Source of the DNA: a virus
IMG/VR virus record: IMGVR_UViG_3300042341_001047
Direction: 5' to 3' (one strand)
Length of the DNA stretch: 64,000 nt
Part shown: positions 26,854-37,608 of the stretch, piece after piece
Layout: every line of letters starts with the position of its first letter
How positions within the stretch are numbered: position 1 is the stretch's first letter
Notes under the pieces: generated by a model
What the model was told of the DNA's origin: nothing
The model's database searches: none
The model's input: only the letters and a program-made list of their open reading frames with translations
Position numbers and translations under genes: made by a program

Positions 26854-27489
26854 ATGTCAAAAGCAGAAAATGAAAGAAATAGAATAAAGGATGAATTTGA
26901 TGAAATTCAGTCCGAAAGCGGAGAATTTGATATCAGCAAACACTTAGCAAGACCTGAAGATTTACCAGATTTAGGAGCAATTGAGATGTATGATTATGAC
27001 TCAGATATGACCGTTGCTTCACAACAATCAATGGAAGTATTAGAATCACTTGTAGATTTATATCTAAGTGACGTACCACAATTAAAAGAACACCCATATA
27101 TAAAAAATAAGCTGAGAGATGATGCTTTAGTTTATGCTGAAACAATCTTCTTATCAAAAATGACTAGAAAGAACTTCTTATCACAATTGAGACAAGTAGA
27201 TAATGGTGACAATTCAGCAAGAATGCACGAGGTTGTCAACCAAACAATTGGCCAAATTAGAGAAAACTCTAAATTCTCATCTACTCAAAGAACTGAATTG
27301 GAGAAATTTTATAAAGGACTAAGAAAAGATTTAGGTTTGAACGAAATCGAAAGTCCAGATGTTCAAAAAGCAATTGATGACTTCTCAGGAGAAATGCCAG
27401 AGTCAGATACAGGTGCTATCATGGATAACAGAAAGTTGAATGATTTGATTAAAAATGCGATGATAGGGAAAGATAAAGATTCTAAGTAA
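26854..27489 (+). CDS. gp16: terminase small subunit, gp16-like
   Basis: DNSARMHEVVNQTI resembles the gp16 xRxxEV helix motif; adjacent to gp17. Confidence 0.6.
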   Translation: MSKAENERNRIKDEFDEIQSESGEFDISKHLARPEDLPDLGAIEMYDYDSDMTVASQQSMEVLESLVDLYLSDVPQLKEHPYIKNKLRDDALVYAETIFLSKMTRKNFLSQLRQVDNGDNSARMHEVVNQTIGQIRENSKFSSTQRTELEKFYKGLRKDLGLNEIESPDVQKAIDDFSGEMPESDTGAIMDNRKLNDLIKNAMIGKDKDSK

Positions 27490-27490
27490 A

Positions 27491-28336
27491 TTATCTATAC
27501 TTAAAACTTTCAAAAGCCTTAATCAAGTTACTAAATTCAATTTTTACCTTTGTTGTAACGAATCGGTTAACTCTATTACCAGTAACAAGGTTAACAAAAA
27601 GTAATCTTTCTTCTTGTTTTAATTCACTTTTAATTCTATCCTTTAAATTAGAATCGGTATTAGAAAGTAAAACGGTTAAGAGTTTATTTGAATCGATTGC
27701 TAATTTTATAGCATTTTCTTCATCATCATAAAAATACAATTCAGTATATTTCTGTAACTCTTCTTCAGTGAATTTATCACCTTCTGTTTTCAATCCTATA
27801 ATGTGTTGTAGTAATAGTCTAGCTTTTTTATAAGATATATCATCACTATTTCTATTATAGAATGTCTCAGAGATGAAATAATACTTTTTAATTTTTAATC
27901 CATTTTCTTTTAATTTCTCTTCTATTTTAGAAATCATTACTTCATAGTTTCTTTTATTATTTCTAGAACATATAAAGTAAATATCATCATCTGTATTTTT
28001 AAGATGTAGTATATTATCTAAATTTAGTGTATATTCTAAATTCTCCATTAACTCTTTATTCATAAATTCCTGCATAGAGAATATTAGATTAGAAAAATTA
28101 GCTTGATGATTTTTAGATTTAACTTTTATCTTATTCATAAAATCCGAAGAAACCCAATAGTCGGTTCCTCCAAACTTCATAGAGCTTTCTTGACCTTTAT
28201 AAATACCTTTTTTTATTAAATTAAACTCGGATTGAGATATTTTTAATATAGGTATACTAGGCACAGCTTTATCCACAACCCAAACCATACTATTAGTATT
28301 TAATATAACATCGATGTCAAAAAAGTGAGCTTTCAT
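27491..28336 (-). CDS. HAD-like protein
   Basis: HFFDID motif I, ICSRN motif II, YFYDDE motif IV. Confidence 0.5.
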   Translation of the reverse strand: MKAHFFDIDVILNTNSMVWVVDKAVPSIPILKISQSEFNLIKKGIYKGQESSMKFGGTDYWVSSDFMNKIKVKSKNHQANFSNLIFSMQEFMNKELMENLEYTLNLDNILHLKNTDDDIYFICSRNNKRNYEVMISKIEEKLKENGLKIKKYYFISETFYNRNSDDISYKKARLLLQHIIGLKTEGDKFTEEELQKYTELYFYDDEENAIKLAIDSNKLLTVLLSNTDSNLKDRIKSELKQEERLLFVNLVTGNRVNRFVTTKVKIEFSNLIKAFESFKYR

Positions 28337-28611
28337 TATTTAAAATTTGTTACTTTATATCTTACCTGATGAGGCATACCATCAAATCTACTTCCTTCAT
28401 ATTCTTTATCTTTCCATTCAATTCCACCACTAAGTTCAGAATCAAAGCTTTTACATTTATAACAATATAAAGGAGCCATCATTTCAATATCATCCATTGG
28501 TTCATTTTTTGTTATTTTAACATCTGGATTCACAGGTACCATATCTTCTTTTCTATAAACAAAAGTCGCTTTACACCAGGCATTTCGACAAATAGATTTT
28601 AATTGTTCCAT
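28336..28611 (-). CDS. small putative Zn-binding protein
   Basis: CRNAWC and CYKC. Confidence 0.6.
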   Translation of the reverse strand: MEQLKSICRNAWCKATFVYRKEDMVPVNPDVKITKNEPMDDIEMMAPLYCYKCKSFDSELSGGIEWKDKEYEGSRFDGMPHQVRYKVTNFK

Positions 28612-28624
28612 GTAATTATATATT

Positions 28625-28656
28625 AAAAAAAAATCCCATCATTTAGATGGGATTTT
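28625..28656. terminator. intrinsic terminator
   Basis: A9-TCCCATC-ATTTA-GATGGGA-TTTT. Confidence 0.75.
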
Positions 28657-28678
28657 AATTAACATATATATTTTTTAT

Positions 28679-29134
28679 TTATTTTACCATATCTCTACTA
28701 ATTGCAAAGTTGTATAAAATTGGTAGATTAAGATACTTTACAAATCCGTCTCTTACATCTGCTAGTTTTTTTGATTTTTTAATGATATTTATTATTAGAA
28801 ATCCAAATTCTTCTTGAAATTCTAAATAACTATCACACCATGGTTTATTATAGTGGTTTAGTGTTCTCCACTCTGCATAACCACCTGTTAACCAAAATAA
28901 GGCCTTCTCAGGTGTTATATCTTCATAAATTATTTTATCTATCTCGGTATTCCAAATCGGGTCATTCCATTCTAATTTTCTCATAAGAATTGATACACCT
29001 TCTGCAATGTCAGAAGTTGACTCTTTTCCTATTTCAAAAAAATAATCACCTGATTCTTTTTTAACTCTGATTACATTTTGATTCAAAATTTCCTTAGCTC
29101 TTTCTTCTTCAAGAACAATTCTTTTTCTCTTCAT
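28679..29134 (-). CDS. hypothetical protein
   Basis: 151-aa ORF. Confidence 0.7.
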   Translation of the reverse strand: MKRKRIVLEEERAKEILNQNVIRVKKESGDYFFEIGKESTSDIAEGVSILMRKLEWNDPIWNTEIDKIIYEDITPEKALFWLTGGYAEWRTLNHYNKPWCDSYLEFQEEFGFLIINIIKKSKKLADVRDGFVKYLNLPILYNFAISRDMVK

Positions 29135-29143
29135 AATAATTTG

Positions 29144-29446
29144 TTATTTTTTTATATCTTGAGTTAAATTAACACCACTATGCCATTTTCCCCCAAAATT
29201 ACCACTCTCCCATATCCCGTTTTCCCAATTTCCATAAAAGTCACCATTTTTAAAAATACCATAGTGCCAGTCTCCAGTAAAGAAACTACCACCATTCCAA
29301 ATAAGTGTACCTTTTTCTATCTCAATTTGAGCATTCTCGATTTCCGAGTCGATTAACCAATAAAAATTCTCACTTAAAAGAATATCATCGATTTCTACCT
29401 CTGTGGTATAAGTCTTATTACGATATTTTAGCTCTATGTATCTCAT
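29144..29446 (-). CDS. small protein with (W/F)xxGx pentapeptide-like repeats
   Basis: WNGGS FFTGD WHYGI FKNGD FYGN WENGI WESGN FGGK WHSG. Confidence 0.7.
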   Translation of the reverse strand: MRYIELKYRNKTYTTEVEIDDILLSENFYWLIDSEIENAQIEIEKGTLIWNGGSFFTGDWHYGIFKNGDFYGNWENGIWESGNFGGKWHSGVNLTQDIKK

Positions 29447-29556
29447 ACAAAAAATTTAATTGTATAATATATATATTCAATTTTTGAACAGTTAAATAAT
29501 TGACCTTGATTTTTTATCAAAAAATGGTGGTGCTTAAAAAAAATATATTTTAAAAT

Positions 29557-29585
29557 AAAAAAACCGGAATTATTCCCGGTTTTTT
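29557..29585. terminator. intrinsic terminator
   Basis: AAAAAAACCGG...CCGGTTTTTT. Confidence 0.7.
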
Positions 29586-29610
29586 AAGATTTGTATAAAA
29601 ATAGGTATTT

Positions 29611-29958
29611 TTATTGACCATCAAGAAAACTTTTTTCGTTTTCAGTTATGGATGTGATACCATATTTAGCAATTTTATCAAGTATTGAATCTACATCCAT
29701 TACAACTTCTTTTTTAGCCAATGTGATTGTTTCCATTTTTGACAAGAAATCCATGTATTCGTCAGAGTAAATCATTTTTGTGATCTTCTTAGTAGTAAAA
29801 GCCACTAATATACCAGAACTCAAGTCGATCCAGATTTTAACAGAGTCAGCTTTTTTATGTTTGTCTAAGAAATCATAATTAAGTTTGTATACAGAAGCAA
29901 GTTCTTGAAGTTTGCTTTGATTGTATTTTGTTAAGTCGATACAGATTATATTTTTCAT
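29611..29958 (-). CDS. hypothetical protein with C-terminal DSILDKIAKYGITSITENEKSFL motif (DUF6576-like)
   Basis: Motif by eye; has its own host-type promoter. Confidence 0.7.
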   Translation of the reverse strand: MKNIICIDLTKYNQSKLQELASVYKLNYDFLDKHKKADSVKIWIDLSSGILVAFTTKKITKMIYSDEYMDFLSKMETITLAKKEVVMDVDSILDKIAKYGITSITENEKSFLDGQ

Positions 29959-29977
29959 AGTGGATTTATTATTTATA

Positions 29978-30009
29978 CAAATATAACAATAATTTCAATT
30001 CAAATCAAA
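29978..30009 (-). promoter_or_regulatory. Bacteroidota sigma-A type promoter
   Basis: TTTG(30009-30006)-N20-TATATTTG(29985-29978). Confidence 0.7.
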
Positions 30010-30139
30010 TATTATGATATATATTTTTTATTATTTTCAATAAATATTATCAATGTCTCAAATATACGGACTTATTATGAATAATGAAAAATAGAGTTAA
30101 ATCTTTTAATATATACTTTTGAAAAAAATACATATTTAT

Positions 30140-32887
30140 ATGAAGTATATTAGTGGAAGAGATGAATTTCTTAGAAAAAGTATCAATAAAGTAAATGAAT
30201 TTAAATCTTTAGAAGAAAAATATCCATCTCTGAAAGAAGAATATAAATCATCTGATTTCGAGCTAATACTTGAAGATAGTGGTCCTTTTGCAAATGATAT
30301 TCCTTGGGGTGACTCATTATTAGGTAGATTAATTAATAGTACAATCAGAAAAGCTAAAATACAAGCTAATTTAGTTAGAATGAAAGGCGTTGTTTCTCGT
30401 TTAAAAAGTACATTTGATGACTTACTATTAGAATCAAAAGTAAATGACTTAGATGAAAGTGATTTAGCTGAATGGGCTAAAATTAGAAACTTCATATATC
30501 TTTATAACTTAGAAAAGGCTGTAAAGAATATGCATGTTGAAAAGACTCCTTTACAAGAAATAAAAAACTTAACTAATATAGCTATTGAAAAAACAGAAGA
30601 AACTGCTGATATACCTAAGAAAAATGAGTTACTAAGACAATTAAATGAATGGAAGAAGTTTTTAGATTCAATTAAGGAAGAAGATAACGTAACCGAAGAG
30701 GATATGGATCCAGAGAAAAAAGCTGAAAGAATCTCAGGTGAAAAAGTTTATCTATCATATATTGCTAATTTTCAAAGTGCTCTTAGAATCGTTAATAAAT
30801 TTATAGTAGCTAACAAAAAAAGATCAGACGCTGTTCTTCCACACTTAGCTGGAAATAAAGGGTTTAAAGACGGAAAATTAACAGATGCTGAAAAAGCAGA
30901 ATTAGCTAAGAAAAAGGTACCAACAACAGGAGCTACAACAACTACAGTTGGGGCAACACAATCTGTTAATGCATCACATGAGTATGAATTTAATTGGGTT
31001 TACTCAATTAACGAGGCTACTCCACCAGTACCACCAGCTCCACCAAAGTCAGATAGTAAAGTTTATAACTTAATAAAATCACTACATGGTGTAGTTGCTC
31101 AAATAATGCCACCAAAAGAAAAGGGGTCTCAAATTGAAGGTATAAATGATTTTCTTAAAAAGGATATAAATGCACTTAAGAATGACCAATATAAAAACCC
31201 AATTAAAAAAGTATATCAAACAGTTGCCAAAATTACAAAAATTGGTGATATAGCTAGTTCTGAGAATGATATAAATGCTTTATTGGCTAGGCCTGAAGAT
31301 TTGGGTAAAAGAATGGCTGAACTTTATATAGTATCAAAAACAAAAGAAGATGGTAAATTCGAAGGACTTGATAAAGAACTACAAGATGAGTTAGCTATCT
31401 TTAACACTACAATGAAAGGTGCTTTATATTATAATCTTCAGTTTGGAAAACAACAATCAACTGAAAAATCAAATAAACCCGAAGATAAAAAAGAAAGTAT
31501 TATTAAAAAATACGATCTATTTATGAAAGTATTTGAAGCCGATGAAGCTCAAATAACAGAAGATAAACCTGAGGATAAAAAAGAGGATAAAAAAGAAGAT
31601 AAATCAGGTGAGGTCGGAGATAGACCTAAATCAGGTTTTATAACAAAGATACAAGACTGGTGGGGCCAAAATATGGACTTAAAAGAGTGGATGATGGACA
31701 AAGCCGAGGTTGAAAAAATAAGAATAAACTTAGATAAAAAACTTGCTGAGAAAAAAGATTCTGTTACAATAAGTAGTATTGATCCTGTATTAGAAATATG
31801 TAAAATATTTAATAGATCTTATAGAATACACACAACACAAGTCATACCAACTGGAAGAAGTGGTGGTAAAGTATCTAACAAAACATACATGGAATATACT
31901 TGTTTTGGTTCAGGATCACCAGCAAATGCAGGTGAAGGAGGAGGACCATATAGAAATAATAAGTTATTTGATCAATGGTATGATGCTGTGATGGATATAC
32001 TTAAAGAGAAAAAATATCAACCTATATTTAATGTTGGAACAAGAATGAAAGTTGGTGATGAATATATCGACAGAGCTGGATCTAACTTAGGTAAATTTAT
32101 GAGAGATATGTTAGAAGGTGATGAGTTCTTTACTAAGAGTAAAGATGGTGGTGGTCCACAATCAAAATTCTTAGATAAATATTTTGGATATAAAGATCCA
32201 GCAAATATAGAAAAAGACATAGCATATGAAGGAACAGCTGAGATGGATGAAATTAGCACAGTTGCTGGAAGTATGCCAAAACCAATTGATATTAGGTTTG
32301 TAAAAACTCTGATACCATACACCGAAGCTAAGGAATTGGTAGGAACATTTTTTGCTATAAAAGACAAAACATCATCCGAATATACTTTCTTTTTCATACA
32401 AAGTATAGATGGTGACTTTGCTTATGTTTTATTTAGTAATGGATTTGGAAAATTCAAAAATTCAATATCTAGAGGAGCACCAAAAGGTAACTATAATTCA
32501 AAAGATGGTGACGTTAAACTTGGAAATAATGTAACAACAGAAACAAATTCAAATGGATTACCATGGTCAATATATGGTGCAAAGATAGCTATAAAAACAT
32601 TGATAAATGTATCAGGTGGAATTGCAAATACCAATAAGAAAACATTAACTGGAATAGGATTATCAAAAGATGATGAATCTAAAATTGTAGTTGGTGGTGG
32701 AGAAGAAAAAGGAGGAGTTAGAGATGAGATAACACCAAGTGAGATAATAACTCTAATAAAATTAGAAGGTGAAGTACCATCAAATAATAGATATAAACTA
32801 TCAAAAGCGGAAACTGATAAACTTAAAACACCTTTCTCTAAGTTACTAAGAGAAATACCAGAAATAAACTCAACAAGCTTTAAATAA
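30140..32887 (+). CDS. large hypothetical late protein, possible internal head protein
   Basis: ~915 aa from ATG 30140; TAATATATA upstream; several (I/L/F)xE sites and linker-like segments. Confidence 0.7.
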   Translation: MKYISGRDEFLRKSINKVNEFKSLEEKYPSLKEEYKSSDFELILEDSGPFANDIPWGDSLLGRLINSTIRKAKIQANLVRMKGVVSRLKSTFDDLLLESKVNDLDESDLAEWAKIRNFIYLYNLEKAVKNMHVEKTPLQEIKNLTNIAIEKTEETADIPKKNELLRQLNEWKKFLDSIKEEDNVTEEDMDPEKKAERISGEKVYLSYIANFQSALRIVNKFIVANKKRSDAVLPHLAGNKGFKDGKLTDAEKAELAKKKVPTTGATTTTVGATQSVNASHEYEFNWVYSINEATPPVPPAPPKSDSKVYNLIKSLHGVVAQIMPPKEKGSQIEGINDFLKKDINALKNDQYKNPIKKVYQTVAKITKIGDIASSENDINALLARPEDLGKRMAELYIVSKTKEDGKFEGLDKELQDELAIFNTTMKGALYYNLQFGKQQSTEKSNKPEDKKESIIKKYDLFMKVFEADEAQITEDKPEDKKEDKKEDKSGEVGDRPKSGFITKIQDWWGQNMDLKEWMMDKAEVEKIRINLDKKLAEKKDSVTISSIDPVLEICKIFNRSYRIHTTQVIPTGRSGGKVSNKTYMEYTCFGSGSPANAGEGGGPYRNNKLFDQWYDAVMDILKEKKYQPIFNVGTRMKVGDEYIDRAGSNLGKFMRDMLEGDEFFTKSKDGGGPQSKFLDKYFGYKDPANIEKDIAYEGTAEMDEISTVAGSMPKPIDIRFVKTLIPYTEAKELVGTFFAIKDKTSSEYTFFFIQSIDGDFAYVLFSNGFGKFKNSISRGAPKGNYNSKDGDVKLGNNVTTETNSNGLPWSIYGAKIAIKTLINVSGGIANTNKKTLTGIGLSKDDESKIVVGGGEEKGGVRDEITPSEIITLIKLEGEVPSNNRYKLSKAETDKLKTPFSKLLREIPEINSTSFK

Positions 32888-33453
32888 TGAGACACTTAAA
32901 AAAATTCAAACTATTTAATGAGGAAGTTGATTTTGAAACAAATATCACTGATGAGCCTGATTTAAAAATGTCTAAGGAAAAATTATCAACATTAAAGAAA
33001 AATCTTACTGATTATAAGACGAAGAAACCTTTACTAGATAAAGCTTACCTAACAGCTCTAACAGACATTGATTTAAAATCGGCTGTAGATGGAATTGTTG
33101 GTAAGACTGACACTTTACCAGAAAAAGATAGGAATCCTTTTTTAGTAGAATATTTACATGTAGCTAATCTTAAAAGAAAAGTAGATAAGTTTCAAAAAGA
33201 TATAACTAAGGATAAAATATCAAAAGATGATTTTCAAGAAGAATTAAGTTTAGCAACTGAAACTAGTACAAAAGCTGCTGTTAGTAAAAAGTTAACCGAT
33301 ATAAATACAAGAATATCGACTAAAACTACTACTATATCATCATTAGTTAAAGATATTTCAGATGCTCAAAAGGCTCTTGATACAAAAATGTCTAATGTAG
33401 AAAAAGAAATGATGGATTATATTAAAAAAATATCCTCAGAAACTCAAAAATAG
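32887..33453 (+). CDS. coiled-coil protein with capsid-targeting-like leader
   Basis: Starts MRHLKKFKLFNE. Confidence 0.72.
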   Translation: MRHLKKFKLFNEEVDFETNITDEPDLKMSKEKLSTLKKNLTDYKTKKPLLDKAYLTALTDIDLKSAVDGIVGKTDTLPEKDRNPFLVEYLHVANLKRKVDKFQKDITKDKISKDDFQEELSLATETSTKAAVSKKLTDINTRISTKTTTISSLVKDISDAQKALDTKMSNVEKEMMDYIKKISSETQK

Positions 33454-33514
33454 AAAAAATATCGTTTTTTAAGTTTTATATATACTACATAACATAAAAA
33501 AAATTATAAATAAT

Positions 33515-36500
33515 ATGGCAATTCAAATTGGAAAATACAAAAGACCAGGAATCTTCATAGAAGAATTTGACAATTCAATTATCAGTAGCCCAATAGTAGA
33601 GGGAATTACTAACATGGTAATTGGTGTGTCTAAAAAAGGACCAGTTAATACTCCTATTAGATTAACTACTACAGGTGATCTTGAATCTATCTTTGGTCAA
33701 TTGGACAGAGGTTTAGAAAGAAAAGGTTCTTTTTTCCACAGAACAATAGCTAAGATGTTAGAGTCATCTCCTGTTTTCGCTATCAATCTTTTAACTACAG
33801 ATGATACATTAGATTTAATTGAATATAAATCTTTATCAGCATCTTCAGGATATGTAAATGATATAGAAAGAGAAGGACCTTATAGAAGATTCTTTGATAC
33901 TACTGGATTCTGGAAAAGAGACGCTGAGTCTTTCATGAATCTTACAAAAAGTAATGTTGGATATTCTGAAAGAGCATTCAGCTTAACAAACTTATCTGAT
34001 AAGTATGTTACTGCATTTGTAGTAAAAAGTGCTAGAACTGGATTTGATAGAACATTAATCGAATGGTATGGTTCTATTGAAAAACTTCCAGCATATGTTA
34101 ATGCTAATGACTTCGCATCTGACTATTTAGTTGATGTTATCGTTGTTAGTGGTGACTGGTCAAATTATCAAGAATTGGCAATTGATACAAGATGGAGTGC
34201 TTACTTTAACGCATCTGGTTTAGTTAAAACTCAATTAAGATCTTTCGCTAATGATAGAAATGTTACATTGTTAGCATACTACGAAGGATTGTCATTGATT
34301 CCATATTTTAGAGATTCAAACGGAACAAACATATTTATTGAAACTACAATTAACAGAGATACTGATAGAACTGGATTATTCTGTTCATTCAATGCTGATT
34401 TAGTTGAAACAGACTATTACAATGGTTTATTAGACTTAGTTGGTAATACAATAGCTGGTGAGAATGAGACTGATATTGAATTCTTATCTTATAAAGAAAC
34501 TATAGCTGAATCAATTGAGATTACAGCAGTTCCTCTTGATTTACCAGGTAACGTAACAGCTGTCTTAGGTGGTAGTTTTAGTTATGTTCAATTTCCACAC
34601 GCATTTGACTCAAGTTTACCAGGAGATAGTCCTGTATCAAGTGGTGTTATAGATGCTAGTAACTTCGATAATAGAACTTCTTGGTTTGGTGAGAATTATG
34701 TTCATAATGTTGTTCAAGACTCAACAGTTTCAGCAGCATCTGCATCAATATCTATATCATATAATGTTGCATCTGGAGCATTTGCTGTAATTGGTGATAA
34801 AGAAGTTCCTGTTTCTGGAACAACATCATTAGTAATAACAGCTAGTGATTATGCTTTTTCAGGATCACAATTAACATTTGCATCTGTATTCACACTTGAT
34901 TCAACAGGTGAGATTTCAGTAACAAGTAATTTGGTTGGTAGTCCAGCAGGAACACCAGCGAATCCAACGGTTGCTTTAAGTGACATCGTTCTTGGATACG
35001 CTACATTTAGTATGATAAATCAACAAATTATCCCAACATCTGTAAAAATAAATCCAGTAAATATTGGAACAAGTAGTACAACATCAGGTTTTGTTGATTA
35101 CAAATTTGGAACATCAATTACAGATGATTATTTTATCGCAACACAAAGTACAGCAGGTTCAATTAAAGTTGAGTTCCAAAACACGAACACATCTGCATCA
35201 CCAGCTAACTACAAACAATATAGAAGATTTAAGATGTTCTATAAATTAGTTGACCTAATTAGTTCATCTAATAAAGATAAAATGTCTATATGTTTAGGTC
35301 CAAATCTTGGATATAGAAAAGTAAGTCTTTCATCAATGACTATAACTGATATTGTTGCAACAACAACAACATCAAACAAATCATTTGTATTAAACACTGG
35401 TTTAACTAATGTTGAATTAGCTGATGTATTGAAAGGTTACTTATCATTCTACACAGTAGATAACGAGTTTATCCTTGGTACTGATTCTGTATCTACAAAA
35501 GAAGCACAACCAACAGGTACTAATGGTGTTGTTGGTAGATACTCTAAATTCTACTCAAGATACTTTGATGGAATAATTAATACAGGAGATTACTTCTACT
35601 CAAATAAAATTACAATCGCTCCACCATTTGCGGTTGGAGATACAGTAAATGTAATATTCATTGATGGTGAAGATAATACAAATGGTGGAACAAATATGGG
35701 ACCTACTTCTTCATTCGCTGGAAATAATTATGTAGTGATTGAAAGTTCAGTTGACCCAGCATGGGGTACTTATGACCAATTTATAGTTCCTAATTCAGAA
35801 AAGAATACGGGTACATTTACTATCATAGATACCGATTCGTCATTAGCTTCAGACCTTGGATATGGTGCTGGATACTACGCATATGGAGTAACTGAAGAAG
35901 TAGTATATGAAGAATTATTTAATGTAAATACTATATTTGATTACAATATCAAACATTACTTAAAAATGTATTTAGATAATGATGGAGTTTTAGAAGTTGA
36001 GTTCAAAGATGAAACGTTCACAGCAACTGAGCCGGTAGATGTAACATCAAATAATACATTCTTTATTCAATCAGCTAAATCAAACTTCAAACAAACAATC
36101 GAAGTTGAATTACCAGCTGGATATATTCAAGTACCTAATAAGATACTTGTAACAGGAACAAGATACACTGAAGTAAGAGTTGGTGACTTCTTATCAGCAT
36201 ACTATGACTCAAGTTTATTAGCAATTGGTGAAGTCCCAAGAAAACTTACAAGAATTCTTTCTAAAAGACAATATAGTGGAGATCCTACTTTAGTTGAAAT
36301 CACTTGTGACTCTAGAATCGCAACAAGTTATAGTGGTTCAGCATTACAAGCTACAAGATATACTTCTGTTGACAATTACGCAACAACTTACAAGGCAATA
36401 TCTCTTAAAGGATTTAGAATTAGACAAGCATCTTTACCTGATGGAACTGAAGCTAGACAAAACTCTATTCTTAACTTAGTTGCTAAAGGAACACCATTGT

Positions 36501-37435
36501 TCAAAGCAGTAACTAATAAAGAAGCAATTGACTTTAGATATTTAATAGATTCATTTGGACTTGGTCTGACTGAAAGATCTAAACAACAATTGGTTGATAT
36601 ATGTGGTGATAGATTAGACGCATTTGGTGTCTTAAACATGCCTTCGATGAAGTCATTCAAAAACTCATCTTCTCCATCTTTTGTTAACTCTGAAGGAGTT
36701 TTACAATTAGAGTATGTAGCGAGTGGAGGAGACCCTGAAAGTTCACCAGCATTCCTTTACTCATTCGGTGACGGAGCAGGTTCAACTTGTGTTGGTTACT
36801 TTATGCCGTATGTAGTTACAAATGATAATGGTAGACCAGTTGATGTTCCACCAGCAGCATGGGTAGCAACTACATATATGAGAAAACAAAACTCAAATGC
36901 AAGTGGTATAACTCCTTGGACAATTGCAGCGGGTGTTACTAATGGTAGAATCACTAACATCGTGGAAACTGAAATGGATTTTACTTTAACTGATATCGAA
37001 TATATTAACCAAGCTCAAATGAACCCTATCGTGTTCAAGAGAAATAGAGGAAATGTAATTGAGACTGAAAACACAGCTCAAACACTTTACAAATCAGCTC
37101 TTTCTTACATTCACGTTAGAGAGGTCCTTATCGAACTTGAAAGAGAATTATCAAGTATGTTATTAGACTTCCAATGGAAATTTAATACACCTGATATTAG
37201 AGCTGAGATTAAACTTAGAGCTGACGTAATTTGTGAGACTTACGTTTCTAGAAATGGTTTATTTAACTACTTCAATAAAATGGATGAGGAAAATAACACT
37301 AATGAGATTATCGATAACCAAATTGGTGTCCTTGATACATATGTTGAACCAATCAAAGGTATGGGAATAATTGTGAATAACATTACAATTCTTAGAACTG
37401 GAGCAATCAACGCAGGTGGTTTCATGAATGGATAA
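33515..37435 (+). CDS. gp18: tail sheath protein, gp18-like, with large insertions
   Basis: RPGIFIEEFDNS, SKKGPVNTP, IFG; C-terminal PWTIAAG..NG, MNPIV, SALSYIHVREVL, NTNEIIDNQ, YVEP. Confidence 0.92.
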   Translation: MAIQIGKYKRPGIFIEEFDNSIISSPIVEGITNMVIGVSKKGPVNTPIRLTTTGDLESIFGQLDRGLERKGSFFHRTIAKMLESSPVFAINLLTTDDTLDLIEYKSLSASSGYVNDIEREGPYRRFFDTTGFWKRDAESFMNLTKSNVGYSERAFSLTNLSDKYVTAFVVKSARTGFDRTLIEWYGSIEKLPAYVNANDFASDYLVDVIVVSGDWSNYQELAIDTRWSAYFNASGLVKTQLRSFANDRNVTLLAYYEGLSLIPYFRDSNGTNIFIETTINRDTDRTGLFCSFNADLVETDYYNGLLDLVGNTIAGENETDIEFLSYKETIAESIEITAVPLDLPGNVTAVLGGSFSYVQFPHAFDSSLPGDSPVSSGVIDASNFDNRTSWFGENYVHNVVQDSTVSAASASISISYNVASGAFAVIGDKEVPVSGTTSLVITASDYAFSGSQLTFASVFTLDSTGEISVTSNLVGSPAGTPANPTVALSDIVLGYATFSMINQQIIPTSVKINPVNIGTSSTTSGFVDYKFGTSITDDYFIATQSTAGSIKVEFQNTNTSASPANYKQYRRFKMFYKLVDLISSSNKDKMSICLGPNLGYRKVSLSSMTITDIVATTTTSNKSFVLNTGLTNVELADVLKGYLSFYTVDNEFILGTDSVSTKEAQPTGTNGVVGRYSKFYSRYFDGIINTGDYFYSNKITIAPPFAVGDTVNVIFIDGEDNTNGGTNMGPTSSFAGNNYVVIESSVDPAWGTYDQFIVPNSEKNTGTFTIIDTDSSLASDLGYGAGYYAYGVTEEVVYEELFNVNTIFDYNIKHYLKMYLDNDGVLEVEFKDETFTATEPVDVTSNNTFFIQSAKSNFKQTIEVELPAGYIQVPNKILVTGTRYTEVRVGDFLSAYYDSSLLAIGEVPRKLTRILSKRQYSGDPTLVEITCDSRIATSYSGSALQATRYTSVDNYATTYKAISLKGFRIRQASLPDGTEARQNSILNLVAKGTPLFKAVTNKEAIDFRYLIDSFGLGLTERSKQQLVDICGDRLDAFGVLNMPSMKSFKNSSSPSFVNSEGVLQLEYVASGGDPESSPAFLYSFGDGAGSTCVGYFMPYVVTNDNGRPVDVPPAAWVATTYMRKQNSNASGITPWTIAAGVTNGRITNIVETEMDFTLTDIEYINQAQMNPIVFKRNRGNVIETENTAQTLYKSALSYIHVREVLIELERELSSMLLDFQWKFNTPDIRAEIKLRADVICETYVSRNGLFNYFNKMDEENNTNEIIDNQIGVLDTYVEPIKGMGIIVNNITILRTGAINAGGFMNG

Positions 37436-37450
37436 TAAATAATAAAAAAT

Positions 37451-37482
37451 AAAAAAACCAGATAGAAATATCTGGTTTTTTT
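37451..37482 (+). terminator. intrinsic terminator after sheath gene
   Basis: AAAAAAACCAGATA-GAAA-TATCTGGTTTTTTT. Confidence 0.85.
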
Positions 37483-37608
37483 ATTTTAAAATAGTTAAAC
37501 TTTCTACTCTTTTTTAGTTATAAAACTAACGATAAAAATATATTTGTTCAAAAAACAGAAGAGAGAACGAATACTAATATATAATAAAATAAAAAATAAT
37601 TACACAAT

